Position numbers and translations under genes: made by a program. A stretch of DNA of 63,809 nucleotides, filler included, from Reclinomonas americana ATCC 50394 (lineage: Eukaryota), in assembly GCA_048213135.1 (NCBI GenBank). It is 6 parts of 4 records of this genome, joined end to end, with 100 filler letters (N's around TTAATTAATTAA, not from the genome) between each part and the next. Parts side by side here need not be neighbours in the genome. Positions count along the whole stretch, not along the records: positions 1 to 20,450 come from PS015696.1; positions 20,551 to 45,933 come from PS015697.1; 4 more parts are not named here. One strand, 5' to 3'. Position 1 is the first letter of the stretch; each line of letters starts with the position of its first letter. This document shows, piece after piece, positions 19,635-30,425 of the stretch. A model generated the notes under the pieces. The model saw nothing but the letters and a program-made list of their open reading frames with translations, had not been told where the DNA came from and did no database searches.

Positions 19635-20239
19635 CTGTTACAATTTGTAACTTGAGTTGGCGTGATCTGATCTTACCGTCACTCCTTCGGGGTGGGGCGA
19701 TTGAACGAGATGGCGCATTTTTCTGAGACCGATAATTTGTCAAACGAGAGGAAGATCGCGGCAATTGACCACATCTTGGACCAGTCTTTGTTGCCTCTTG
19801 GCTCGCGATGGGAAAATGAATCGGCATCATCTGGCGTATGGGTGCAAGAACAAACCGCATTTCTTCCCATTCGCGTGAAGGAGAGTGGGCCTGATAGGCG
19901 ACAGAAATTCCTAGAGCTGGCTGCGTTTAGCATTGCCGGCTACTTTTCTTTGGACCTAGTCTTTCCAGTGCGCGGCGCAATTTTGTCGAAAGCCACCTCT
20001 TTCCGAAATTGTCTGTGCGCTGCCTCCCTCTATCGCGCCAAAGCATCTGCTGGGTCAGTCGAATGGCCTCGGTAGGAAAATTGGTGATGGGACACACGGC
20101 TGTCTCGCCCGCTCCACGATGCATTGGGAGGACAGGGTCATTCCGTTCGATATTGTGGGAAGAGATATTCGCAGCGCCGCAGTCAGCTGCGCCGCTTCGG
20201 TCGCTTCGTCCTTCGTCGGCGCCCCACGAGCGGCGGCCA

Positions 20240-20450
20240 TGTTGACGGCGGCTCAACCGGCGATGGCTATTCAACTTCCGGGCTTACTCGTGAGCGGCCG
20301 TTTCCCGAGGCGACAGTTCGCCAAGGGGGCTTTCATCAAGCAGCCCGACGACAAGACAGATCACATCTACCTGATCGAGACAGGAAAGGTGGTTACGTTC
20401 TTTCTTGGCCCTCAAGGGCATGATGTTTCATTCCTTGAACTAGCAGGCTG
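20240..20450 (+). CDS. Crp/Fnr-family regulator, N-terminal cNMP-binding domain (truncated by contig end)
   Basis: RRQFAKGAFIKQPDDKTDHIYLIETGKV…GPQGHDV; start uncertain. Confidence 0.65.
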
Positions 20451-20550
20451 NNNNNNNNNNNNNNNNNNNNNNNNNNNNNNNNNNNNNNNNNNNNTTAATT
20501 AATTAANNNNNNNNNNNNNNNNNNNNNNNNNNNNNNNNNNNNNNNNNNNN
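20451..20550. other. artificial contig linker
   Basis: N44-TTAATTAATTAA-N44. Confidence 0.98.
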
Positions 20551-20772
20551 CCGCCGCTCAACAGCCAGTACATCAACGTCGTCAAGAATTCGACGCTGGC
20601 GATCGCCGTCGGCTATCCGGATTTCCTCGCGGTGATGAACACGATCATCAGCAAGTCCAGCCATTCGATCGAAGGCGTCTTCATCATCCTGGGGGTCTAC
20701 CTTTCCCTCAACCTGACCCTGTCGAGCGCGGCCAATTGGTACAACCGCCGCATCGCGATCGTGGAACGTTGA
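20551..20772 (+). CDS. polar amino-acid ABC permease, C-terminal part (AapQ-like)
   Basis: PPLNSQYINVVKNSTLAIAVGYPD…WYNRRIAIVER*. Confidence 0.88.
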   Translation, partial: PPLNSQYINVVKNSTLAIAVGYPDFLAVMNTIISKSSHSIEGVFIILGVYLSLNLTLSSAANWYNRRIAIVER

Positions 20773-20776
20773 AACC

Positions 20777-22435
20777 GTGAAGACGATATCGCTCCCTATC
20801 CCCGAGGCTCCTGTGCCGACGAACGCATGGTCTGCGCTGCTCCCGGCTTCCTTGCGGCGGAGTGGCAAGCTCCTGTTCGGCTCGCCGCTGAATGCCGTCC
20901 TGACGCTGGTCTTCAGCGCATTAATCCTGGTTGCCGTGCCGCCCATGCTGCGCTGGCTCGTGCTTGACGCGGTCCTGTTCAATCCGGACCCCGCGGCCTG
21001 CCGTGCGGCATCTGGCGCCTGCTGGAGCTTCATCTACGCCAAGTCGGGACAGCTCCTGTTCGGCATCTATCCGGTCGACGAGCGCTGGCGACCTGCTCTG
21101 GTCTGCCTTCTGATCCTGGCGTTGCTCGGCTGGTCGGTTCGGCCGGCGAGCTGGACACCGCGGCTGGTCTGGCTATGGGCCGCGGCGCTCATGCTCATCG
21201 TCTGGTTGATGGGCGGTGGCCTGGGGCTCGAAGAAGTCCCGACCTCGGCCTGGGGTGGCTTGCCGGTGACGTTGATCCTCACCGTCGTCGCCATCGGGAT
21301 CGCCTTTCCGGTCGGCATCCTGCTGGCGCTAGCGCGCCGCTCTGCCATGCCCGTCGTCAGGATCGGGGCGGTGGTCGCAATCGAGTCGGTCCGCGGCCTG
21401 CCGCTGCTCTCGATCCTCTTCGTCGCCTCGATCATGCTGCCGCTGTTCCTGCCGGAGGCGCTGCTGCCCGACAAGTTCGTGCGCGCCCTCGTCGCCTTGA
21501 CGATCTTCGCGGCGGCCTATCTCGCCGAAGTGATCCGCGGCGGGCTGCAAGCGATCCCGAAAGGGCAATATGAAGCTGCCGCGGCGCTCGGTCTGCCGTT
21601 CTGGCGCACGCAATATCTCGTCATCCTGCCGCNNNNNNNNNNNNNNNNNNNNNNNNNNNNNNNNNNNNNNNNNNNNNNNNNNNNNNNNNNNNNNNNNNNN
21701 NNNNNNNNNNNNNNNNNNNNNNNNNNNNNNNNNNNNNNNNNNNNNNNNNNNNNNNNNNNNNNNNNNNNNNNNNNNNNNNNNNNNNNNNNNNNNNNNNNNN
21801 NNNNNNNNNNNNNNNNNNNNNNNNNNNNNNNNNNNNNNNNNNNNNNNNNNNNNNNNNNNNNNNNNNNNNNNNNNNNNNNNNNNNNNNNNNNNNNNNNNNN
21901 NNNNNNNNNNNNNNNNNNNNNNNNNNNNNNNNNNNNNNNNNNNNNNNNNNNNNNNNNNNNNNNNNNNNNNNNNNNNNNNNNNNNNNNNNNNNNNNNNNNN
22001 NNNNNNNNNNNNNNNNNNNNNNNNNNNNNNNNNNNNNNNNNNNNNNNNNNNNNNNNNNNNNNNNNNNNNNNNNNNNNNNNNNNNNNNNNNNNNNNNNNNN
22101 NNNNNNNNNNNNNNNNNNNNNNNNNNNNNNNNNNNNNNNNNNNNNNNNNNNNNNNNNNNNNNNNNNNNNNNNNNNNNNNNNNNNNNNAAGCGATCAGGGT
22201 GGTGATCCCGGCCCTGGCGAACACGATCATCGTGATGATCAAGAACACCAGCCTCGTGCTCGTGGTTGGGCTGTTCGACCTGATCAGCTCGGGCAAGGCG
22301 GCTCTCGCCGATCCGGCCTGGCCGTCGCCGGCTGCCGAAACCTTCCTGTTTATCGGCGCGATCTTCTTCGCGCTGTCCTTCTCCTTCGCCCGCTTCGCCG
22401 ATTTCCTCGAGCGGCGCGGTCCCGCTGCTCATTAG
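20777..22435 (+). CDS. polar amino-acid ABC permease (AapM-like), with an N gap of apparently zero true length
   Basis: [32 protein letters not shown]; gap flanks join as LP-QAIRVVIP. Confidence 0.92.
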   Translation: MKTISLPIPEAPVPTNAWSALLPASLRRSGKLLFGSPLNAVLTLVFSALILVAVPPMLRWLVLDAVLFNPDPAACRAASGACWSFIYAKSGQLLFGIYPVDERWRPALVCLLILALLGWSVRPASWTPRLVWLWAAALMLIVWLMGGGLGLEEVPTSAWGGLPVTLILTVVAIGIAFPVGILLALARRSAMPVVRIGAVVAIESVRGLPLLSILFVASIMLPLFLPEALLPDKFVRALVALTIFAAAYLAEVIRGGLQAIPKGQYEAAAALGLPFWRTQYLVILPXXXXXXXXXXXXXXXXXXXXXXXXXXXXXXXXXXXXXXXXXXXXXXXXXXXXXXXXXXXXXXXXXXXXXXXXXXXXXXXXXXXXXXXXXXXXXXXXXXXXXXXXXXXXXXXXXXXXXXXXXXXXXXXXXXXXXXXXXXXXXXXXXXXXXXXXXXXXXXXXXXXXXXXXXXXXXXXXXXXXXXXXXXAIRVVIPALANTIIVMIKNTSLVLVVGLFDLISSGKAALADPAWPSPAAETFLFIGAIFFALSFSFARFADFLERRGPAAH

Positions 22436-22446
22436 GAGACGCCAGC

Positions 22447-23250
22447 ATGACCTTGGCCATGGCCGAAAACAGGATCGACATCCGCCCTGCGGCGCTGAAG
22501 CCGACCTCGCTCAACACCGCGACGGCGGTGGAGATGATCGGCGTCAACAAATGGTTCGGCGAGTTCCACGTGTTGCGCGACATCAATCTCAAAGTATCGC
22601 GCGGCGAGAAGCTCGTGATCTGCGGCCCGTCCGGCTCCGGCAAGTCGACGATGATCCGCTGCATCAATCGGCTCGAGGAGCATCAGAAGGGCCAGATCAT
22701 CGTCGACGGCACCGAACTCACCAACGACCTCAAGAAGATCGACGAAATCCGCCGCGACGTCGGCATGGTGTTCCAGCACTTCAACCTGTTCCCGCATCTG
22801 ACGATCCTGGAGAACCTAACCCTGGCGCCGATCTGGGTTCGCAAGATGCCCAAGAAGGACGCCGAGGAGATCGCGATGCACTACCTCAAGCGCGTCAAGA
22901 TCCCCGAGCAGGCGTTGAAGTATCCGGGCCAGCTCTCCGGCGGACAGCAGCAGCGCGTCGCCATCGCCCGCTCTTTGTGCATGAGCCCGAAGATCATGCT
23001 GTTCGACGAGCCGACCTCGGCGCTCGATCCGGAGATGGTCAAGGAGGTGCTCGACACCATGGTGTCGCTGGCGGAGGAGGGCATGACCATGCTCTGCGTC
23101 ACCCATGAGATGGGCTTCGCCCGCCAGGTCGCGGACCGGGTCATCTTCATGGATGCCGGCCAAATCGTCGAGATGAACACCCCGGACGAGTTCTTCAGGA
23201 ACCCGCAGCACGAGCGCACCAAGCTCTTCCTCAGCCAGATCCTGCACTGA
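22447..23250 (+). CDS. amino-acid ABC transporter ATP-binding protein (AapP-like)
   Basis: [26 protein letters not shown]. Confidence 0.96.
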   Translation: MTLAMAENRIDIRPAALKPTSLNTATAVEMIGVNKWFGEFHVLRDINLKVSRGEKLVICGPSGSGKSTMIRCINRLEEHQKGQIIVDGTELTNDLKKIDEIRRDVGMVFQHFNLFPHLTILENLTLAPIWVRKMPKKDAEEIAMHYLKRVKIPEQALKYPGQLSGGQQQRVAIARSLCMSPKIMLFDEPTSALDPEMVKEVLDTMVSLAEEGMTMLCVTHEMGFARQVADRVIFMDAGQIVEMNTPDEFFRNPQHERTKLFLSQILH

Positions 23251-23380
23251 GGAGAAACGGGACGCAGAACCGATGGACAGCAGCAAGCGAGAGCTGTTGA
23301 TCTTCACTAAGTGGGAAATGCAGCAAGCACGCCAAAGATGCGATCGTGCCAGTCCTACCCTGCAAGGCACTTTGATCTAC

Positions 23381-23735
23381 TCACTCCGGTCGATGTCTCG
23401 CGCCTGCGATCGTTTCCGTTGCCGCTACGATGCGTTTCAGGGGAGTGATGAAATCGGGAATGTCGACTAAAGCAAGAAGAAGGCCCGCGATCCAGAAGAT
23501 GTGCATGTGCGTGAACATGGCCAGCAATCCCAGCACGCAAACGATCTGCAATTGCACCTTATTATGAGCAATCCGATCCGGGAGGACATGCAGGTGCAAA
23601 TACAATACCAATTGCCAAGGCGAAGATGGCCAAAAAAATGCCCATCGCAACCAGGAGCCAGTCCGTTTCACCGGGGCCGGCGAGGAATGCCGGCAAATGA
23701 GTCGAAGCGGCTGCTGGATGAATGGCTTGGCTCAT
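23381..23735 (-). pseudogene. conserved membrane hypothetical protein, frameshifted near 23600
   Basis: HLPAFLAGPGETDWLL… in one frame continues as LHLHVLPDRIAH…FTHMHIFWIAGLLLA in another. Confidence 0.6.
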
Positions 23736-23886
23736 AAGTTCTCCGATGCTGGAATTGCCGAGCTTTCTGAAGCAATCTAACATCTGCCGCTCGCGCAGCT
23801 ATTGTCCCCTTGGACAAGATACTCGCGCTCACCAGCCCCGCGTTTGGCGCTCTCAGCAAGCACTCGAACGCGAATGCAACATGCCC

Positions 23887-23917
23887 TTGACCTTCCCATT
23901 ATGGGAAGCCGTAGGGT
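23887..23917 (+). promoter_or_regulatory. CueR-type MerR promoter/operator of copZA
   Basis: -35 TTGACC, 19-nt spacer, -10 TAGGGT; palindrome CTTCCCAT-T-ATGGGAAG. Confidence 0.88.
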
Positions 23918-23949
23918 GCTGTAATCGTCAACCATGGGACATTGCAGCG

Positions 23950-24216
23950 ATGTGCTCCTGCCAGCAACATTCGGATACCGTCGCCAAGGCGACCACCGCG
24001 CCTGAGGGCGCGATCAGCTTTCGCGTCGAGGACATGACCTGCGGCCATTGCGCCGGTACAATCAAGAAGGCGATCGAGGATCAATTGCCCGGAACCGCGG
24101 TCACCGCCGATCCGGCTTCGAAGCTCGTCAGCGTCGTCGGAGCGTCCGATTTTTCCGCTGTCAGGTCGATCGTGGCGGGCGCCGGATACACGCCCGGCGC
24201 GGATCGCATCGGCTGA
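23950..24216 (+). CDS. copZ: HMA-domain copper chaperone
   Basis: DMTCGHC motif; downstream of the CueR box and upstream of copA. Confidence 0.88.
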   Translation: MCSCQQHSDTVAKATTAPEGAISFRVEDMTCGHCAGTIKKAIEDQLPGTAVTADPASKLVSVVGASDFSAVRSIVAGAGYTPGADRIG

Positions 24217-24292
24217 TCGCGGGCGGCCGGCGCGAACCCGCCGGCCGCTCACGCATTGGCAAGGCAAGGGGCAGGGAGCAAGGCGGCGATCC

Positions 24293-26675
24293 ATGGCAGA
24301 TCATCAGCACCACGGCGGTCATCGGCACGATGACCATTCACGCCACCATCGCCACGGCCATTCTCATGGTTCAGGGGAGAGTGTGAAGGACCCGGTCTGC
24401 GGAATGACCGTCGATCCCGCCACGGCAAAGCATCGCGCCGCGCATGCCGGGCAGACCTATTTCTTCTGCTCCGCCGGCTGCAAGAACAAGTTCGAGGCCG
24501 ATCCGACAGCCTATTTCGGCGAGAAGGCCGAGGTGCCTGCCGCAAAGCCGGCGCCCGAGGGCGCGATCTACACCTGCCCGATGCATCCCCAGATCCGCCA
24601 GCCTAGCCCGGGCAATTGCCCAATCTGCGGCATGGCGCTCGAACCTGAGATCGCGACGCTCCAGGAAGGGCCCAGCGCCGAGCTCGTCGACATGACCCGC
24701 CGGTTCTGGGTGGGCCTCGCGCTCGCCCTGCCGGTGTTCGTGCTGGAGATGGGCGGGCACCTCGTCGATCTGCACATGCTGCTCAGCCAGCAGAGCTCGA
24801 ACTGGCTGCAGCTGGTCCTGGCGACGCCCGTCGTGCTCTGGGCCGGCTGGCCGTTCTTCCAGCGAGCCTGGGCCTCGCTCGTCAACCGCAGCCTGAACAT
24901 GTTCTCGCTGATCGCGATGGGCACCGGCGTCGCCTGGGCCTACAGCGTCGTCGCGACCGTCGCTCCGAACCTGTTCCCGGAAACGCTCCGCTCCGCGGAA
25001 GGCGCGGTCGCAGTCTATTTCGAGGCGGCGGCCGTGATCACCGTTCTGGTGTTGTTGGGCCAGGTCCTCGAATTGCGGGCCCGCGAGCAGACGGGCGGCG
25101 CGATCCGGGCCTTGCTCGACCTCGTGCCGAAGACGGCCCGGCGGGTGCGCGACGACGGCGAGGACGAGGATATCAAACTGGACGCGGTCCATGTCGGGGA
25201 CCGCCTGCGGGTCCGCCCGGGCGAGACGGTTCCGGTCGATGGCGAACTGATCGAAGGCCGCAGCTCGATCGACGAATCCATGGTCACGGGTGAATCGATG
25301 CCGGTCACCAAGGAGGTCGGCGCGACCCTGATCGGCGGCACGCTGAACACCACCGGCGGCTTCATCATGAGCGCCGGCAAGGTCGGCAGCGACACCATGC
25401 TGGCCCGGATCGTCTCGATGGTGGCGGAGGCCCAGCGCTCGCGGGCACCGATCCAGCGCCTGGCGGACCAGGTGTCCGGCTGGTTCGTTCCGCTCGTCAT
25501 CGTCATTGCCATCGTCGCTTTCGCCGCCTGGATGGCGTTCGGGCCGGAGCCGCGCTTCGCGCATGGGCTGGTCGCCGCCGTCGCCGTGCTGATCATCGCC
25601 TGTCCCTGCGCGCTCGGTTTGGCGACGCCGATGTCGATCATGGTCGGGGTCGGGCGCGGCGCGCATCTCGGCGTACTGATCAAGAATGCCGAGGCGCTGG
25701 AGCGCTTCGAGAGGGTCGATACCCTCGTCGTCGACAAGACCGGCACGCTGACCGAAGGCAAGCCACGGCTGACCGGGCTGAAGCCGGTCGGCACGATCAC
25801 CGAGAGCGAGCTGCTGCGGCTCGCCGCTTCGCTCGAGCGGGCGAGCGAGCATCCGCTCGCCGCCGCGATTGTCGATGCCGCCAAGGAACGTGGCCTCGCC
25901 CTGGCCGAGGCGCAGGATTTCGACAGCCCGGTCGGTAAGGGGGTAACGGGAACCGTCGAAGGTCGCGCGCTGGTCATTGGCAGCCACCGGATCATGACTG
26001 AGGCTGGTATCGACACCGCGGCTCAGGCAGCCGAGGCGGAAACGCTGCGCGCCGAGGGCGGCACAGTGATCTTCGTGGCGATCGATGGCCGTGTCGCCGG
26101 ACTGCTGACAATCTCTGATCCGGTCAAGCAGACCACCCCGAGAGCGATCAAGTCGCTGAAAAGCGCCGGCATTCGGGTGGTCATGCTAACCGGCGACAAT
26201 AAGACGACGGCACAAGCGGTCGCGCGCCGGCTCGGTATCGACGAGGTCGAGGCCGAGGTCCTGCCCGAGGACAAGAGCGTAGTCGTCAGCAAGTTTCGTT
26301 CGCAAGGCAGGGTGGTCGCGATGGCCGGCGACGGCGTGAATGACGCGCCTGCGCTGGCGGCGGCGGATGTCGGGATCGCGATGGGCACGGGCACGGATAT
26401 CGCGATCGAAAGTGCCGGCGTAACCCTGCTCAAAGGCGATCCTTGAGGGCATCGTGCGCGCCCTTCAGCTCAGCCGGGCGACGATGAGCAATATCCGGCA
26501 GAACCTGTTCTTCGCCTTCATCTACAATGCGGCGGGCGTCCCAATCGCCGCAGGCGTGCTCTATCCGATATTCGGATTGCTGTTGTCGCCGATCATTGCG
26601 GCGGCGGCGATGGCTTTGTCCTCGGTCAGCGTGATTGCAAACGCCCTGCGGTTACGCACCGTCTCTCTGGAATAA
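24293..26675 (+). pseudogene. copA: Cu(I)-exporting P1B-1 ATPase with a +1 frameshift at about 26441 (real lesion or sequencing error)
   Basis: His-rich N-terminus, YHS domain DPVCGM, YTCPMHP…[21 protein letters not shown]. The YN and MALSS helices lie in the shifted frame after GAT-CCT-TGA. Confidence 0.9.
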
Positions 26676-26797
26676 GAGCAGTCTTCAACGGCTTGATGGG
26701 ACTGCGTTGATCCCGTCCGGCACCTGGCACAGGACGACGGTTGCCTCCCGCTGATGCCAGACCTACACCGCGCCATTCAACCGAACGGGCCTGAATC

Positions 26798-27319
26798 GTG
26801 AGCTTGTTGCAAAGCGTCCTTGTTCCCAAACTCAGCCCGACCAAGTCTTTCGGTGTCTACCAACGCTGGATCCACTGGCTCGTGCCGTTGTTGTGCATTG
26901 CCCAGGTCCCCACATCCTGGGCAATCCAACGCACCCATATGGCACATGGCTTCACGAAGCCTGCCCCGCTCGATCTGTTTTTGCATCAGGTCCATGCCTG
27001 GATGGGCTGGCTGATTATGGGACTTGCGCTGCTGCAGATAGGGTTGCGCTATCTCTATGGCCGCCCTTCCCTTGAAGGGTTGTCGCCACCCGAACGGTGG
27101 GCCGCGACGGGCGTTCATGTTGCCCTGTACGGTGTTCTGCTGCTTCTGCCGTTTACGGGTACGATTGCGATGTATCTTAGCTTCCGCGCCGCGCCGGTTC
27201 ATCGATGGCTCAGCTGGGCGCTGCTTGTACTGGCGCTGTTCCATGTTGCCGGCGCGCTGTGGCACCATTTCTATCGTCGAGACGACATCCTGCGCCGTAT
27301 GCTGACTAGCCAAAGGTGA
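26798..27319 (+). CDS. cytochrome b561 (YceJ-like)
   Basis: QRWIHW, HAWMG, HVALY, HVAGALWHHFYRRDDILRRM. Confidence 0.88.
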   Translation: MSLLQSVLVPKLSPTKSFGVYQRWIHWLVPLLCIAQVPTSWAIQRTHMAHGFTKPAPLDLFLHQVHAWMGWLIMGLALLQIGLRYLYGRPSLEGLSPPERWAATGVHVALYGVLLLLPFTGTIAMYLSFRAAPVHRWLSWALLVLALFHVAGALWHHFYRRDDILRRMLTSQR

Positions 27320-27410
27320 GATCACGAAGCAGCGATTTTGCTTGCTCCCGGTCAAACAGCCGCACTTCTCGCCCTTTTGCGATATCTGACGGTATGTCAG
27401 AACAGGTGCC

Positions 27411-27761
27411 ATGAAGTTTCGACTTCTCACGAATGTGTTGGTCCTGGGGCTGTTCGTCACGGCCACGATGTTGGTCGCCCTGGTGGCGCCGGCAAAGGCC
27501 GGTTATGCCCGCATGGACAGCGAGGCGATGGCGAACATGTCGCCTGAGATGCCGTGCTGCCCCAATCCGAAAGACAAGCAACCGGATTGCACCACGAACT
27601 GCCCGGCCTTGAGCTTCTGCCTGGCCAAGAGCTTCGCGAGCGAACCCACGGCGTTTGACCTGGTTGTTCAACCCGTTGTCGTAATGCTCGGGCTTGCGGG
27701 CAATGAAGCCGCACGCCTCTCACAGCCGAGCGAGCCACCCGCCCGACCTCCACGAACCTGA
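27411..27761 (+). CDS. small exported Cys-rich protein with C-terminal Pro-rich motif (CutF/DUF2946-like)
   Basis: Signal peptide, MPCC…DCTTNCPALSFC, C-terminal EPPARPPRT. Confidence 0.7.
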   Translation: MKFRLLTNVLVLGLFVTATMLVALVAPAKAGYARMDSEAMANMSPEMPCCPNPKDKQPDCTTNCPALSFCLAKSFASEPTAFDLVVQPVVVMLGLAGNEAARLSQPSEPPARPPRT

Positions 27762-27889
27762 GACATAGCCGGCGCTCATGCGCCGGTTGCGACCGCACGG
27801 TGAACCCGGGTGGTCGGCGCGCCGTGGCTAACGCCACGTTGGAGCTGCGCGCGTGAGCGCAGCAGCCTCACCGTCTCAGGATCTCGACA

Positions 27890-28288
27890 ATGTTTATCAC
27901 CCGCACTTCGCGCGCGCTCATCGCCGCGCTTCCGCTCATGGCCGTTGCGTTACCGGCTCTGGCGGAGATCAAGGATTATGAATTCCGTCTCACCCAGAGT
28001 GAATTCAAGCAGGGCAATGGTGTCGTCATCACCGTCAGGCTGATCGACAAGCGCTCCGGCAAGCCGGTGCCGGATGCCGTCATCTTCGCCAAGCGCATAG
28101 ACATGGAGCCGGAGGGCATGGCCACGATGGCCTCTCCGATCGAAGCGCTCCTTGCGCCGGAAGCAGGAACCTACAGCTTCAAGACCAATTTGGTCATGGA
28201 AGGTGGTTGGCGCTTGTCGCTCGGTGCCAAGGTCCAGGGTGAGACCGGCACGCTCGAAAACAAGCTGATCCTCAAGGCGCTGCCATGA
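27890..28288 (+). CDS. FixH/YtkA-like periplasmic protein of the cus cluster
   Basis: Signal peptide; RIDMEPEGMATM, MEGGWRLSLGAKVQGE; overlaps the cusB start. Confidence 0.8.
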   Translation: MFITRTSRALIAALPLMAVALPALAEIKDYEFRLTQSEFKQGNGVVITVRLIDKRSGKPVPDAVIFAKRIDMEPEGMATMASPIEALLAPEAGTYSFKTNLVMEGGWRLSLGAKVQGETGTLENKLILKALP

Positions 28289-29703
28289 AACGCCTCGCCC
28301 TCACGAGCCTCGCTCTCGCCGCCATTCTGGCGGCGGGAGGGGCAGGCTATTGGGCCGGTCATCGCGGCATCGCGCTGCCTGGCCTGCGGAATTGGCTCGG
28401 TATCGAGGGGTCGCTCGCGGCAAACGAGACTGCCGGAGTTGGGCCCGTGATCTACTATCAGGATCCAGATCGAAAGCCGGTCTATTCGACCGAGCCGGCT
28501 CAGACGGTCGATGGCAGGCCGTTCAGGGCCGTGCGGGCCAGCGAGGACATCAGCTTCGAGGAGAAGCCTGAGGGCAAGGAGCAGGCGGTCCAAGCGGAGA
28601 AGGGCCGCATTCTTTACTACCGCAATCCCATGGGGCTGCCGGACACCTCGCCGGTGCCCAAGAAAGATTCGATGGGGATGGACTATCTCCCCGTTTTTGA
28701 GGGTGAGGCGAGCGAGGACGGGATCATCAAGCTCTCGCCTGGGCGCATCCAGCGTAGTGGCGTGCGATCAGAACCGGTCCGTCGCCAGAGCATCGCACAG
28801 ACCATTCGGGTTCCGGGTGTGGTGCAGCTCGACGAGCGACGCGTTTCCGTCGTGGCGATACGCGCGGATGCCTTCGTCCAGGAGGTCGCGCCGGTGACGA
28901 CCGGTGATCGCGTTGCCAAGGGTACGCGGCTCGCGCGCATCTACTCGCCTGACATCAGCACGGCGGGCGCGCAGTACATCACCGAGCTCAATGCCGCCGC
29001 GCGCGGCGTGCCCGAGGGCGGCGCAAAACAGCGTCTCGAAAACCTCGGGGTTCCGCCCGAAATCATTGCCGAGATCGAGCGCAGCCGGAAGGTACCACCG
29101 ACGATCAACTGGTCGGCGCCGCGTGACGGTATCGTGCTGGAGCGCAATGTCAGTGACGGCATGAAGATGGTGGCCGGCACCAGCCTGTTCCGGCTCGCAG
29201 ACATTTCGACGATCTGGGTCCTGGCCGATGTGCCTGAACGCGAGCTGTCCGACGTTCATATCGGTGCACCGGTATCGGTCCGGTTGCGCGGACGTCCCGA
29301 GGTGGCGTTCGAAGGCCGCGTCAGCGTGATCTATCCGCAGATCGCCGAGGCGACGCGCACGGCCAAGGTCCGCATCGAGCTCGCCAACCCCGATGGCGTC
29401 TTGCTGCCGAACATGTACGCCGATGTCGAGATCGGCGCGGGCGATGCAAGCGCAGAGCTGACGGTTCCCCAGAGTGCTGTCATCGATAGCGGCACGCGAC
29501 GCATTGTCATTCTGGATCGCGGCGAAGGCCGCTTCGAGCCGCGTGAAGTCAAGCTCGGCCGCCGCGGCGACGGCATGGTCGCGATCAGCGAGGGCGTCTC
29601 CGAGGGCGACCGCGTCGTCGTCTCCGCCAACTTCCTGATCGATGCGGAAAGCAACCTCAAGGCGGCCTTGAGCGGCTTCTCCTCGACGGAGGCGAAACCA
29701 TGA
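28285..29703 (+). CDS. cusB: CusB-family RND periplasmic adaptor
   Basis: YYRNPMG…KKDSMGMDY metal-binding segment; SANFLIDAESNL. Confidence 0.93.
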   Translation: MKRLALTSLALAAILAAGGAGYWAGHRGIALPGLRNWLGIEGSLAANETAGVGPVIYYQDPDRKPVYSTEPAQTVDGRPFRAVRASEDISFEEKPEGKEQAVQAEKGRILYYRNPMGLPDTSPVPKKDSMGMDYLPVFEGEASEDGIIKLSPGRIQRSGVRSEPVRRQSIAQTIRVPGVVQLDERRVSVVAIRADAFVQEVAPVTTGDRVAKGTRLARIYSPDISTAGAQYITELNAAARGVPEGGAKQRLENLGVPPEIIAEIERSRKVPPTINWSAPRDGIVLERNVSDGMKMVAGTSLFRLADISTIWVLADVPERELSDVHIGAPVSVRLRGRPEVAFEGRVSVIYPQIAEATRTAKVRIELANPDGVLLPNMYADVEIGAGDASAELTVPQSAVIDSGTRRIVILDRGEGRFEPREVKLGRRGDGMVAISEGVSEGDRVVVSANFLIDAESNLKAALSGFSSTEAKP

Positions 29704-30405
29704 TAGCCCGCTTGATCGCCTGGTCGGCGCGCAACCTGATCCTGGTGTTGGTTGCCACGGCTTTCGTCGTGGCCGCCGGCGTCTATGCCCTAAGGACCCT
29801 GCCGCTCGACGCCATTCCCGATCTCTCCGACGTCCAGGTTATCGTCTACACCGAATATCCCGGCCAGGCGCCACAGGTCATCGAGGATCAGGTCACCTAT
29901 CCGCTGACGACATCGATGCTGACGGTGCCGAAAGCGCGCGTCGTGCGCGGCTTCTCCTTCTTCGGAGTCTCCTTCGTCTATGTGATCTTCGAGGACGGCA
30001 CCGACCCTTATTGGGCGCGTTCGCGGGTTCTGGAATATCTCAACACCGCAGCGCGTCGCCTGCCCTCGGGCGTGACGCCGACTCTCGGGCCTGACGCCAC
30101 CGGCGTCGGCTGGGTCTATCAATATGCTGTCATGGCCAAGGAGATGACCCTGGCCGAATTGCGCTCTTTGCAGGACTGGAAGATCCGCTTCGCGGCTTCG
30201 CGTGCCGAGGGCGTGGCCGAGGTCGCCAGCGTCGGTGGCTTCGTCAAGCAATACGCAGTCGTGGTCGATCCTGTGCGGCTGCGTGCCCAGGGCGTCTCGC
30301 TGGCTGCGCTGCGCGAAGCCGTCCGTAGCAGCAATTTGGATGTCGGCGGACGTACGGTCGAGCTCAGCGAGTTCGAGTTCATGGTCCGCGGCCGCGGCTA
30401 TCTCA
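29700..30405 (+). CDS. cusA: CusA heavy-metal RND pump, N-terminal part
   Basis: LDAIPDLSDVQVI, QVTYPLTT, GPDATGVGW; ends at an N gap. Confidence 0.93.
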
Positions 30406-30425
30406 NNNNNNNNNNNNNNNNNNNN

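Noticed and set aside
20495..20506. Recurrent TTAATTAATTAA motif (five copies) as a biological repeat
   Set aside because: Always centred in exactly 100 nt of N-padded spacer; it is a six-frame-stop concatenation linker.
24371..25987. Long antisense ORFs (538 aa here; also 849-1658, 4999-6852, 39789-41030)
   Set aside because: Shadow frames of GC-rich genes with clear sense-strand products; no motifs.
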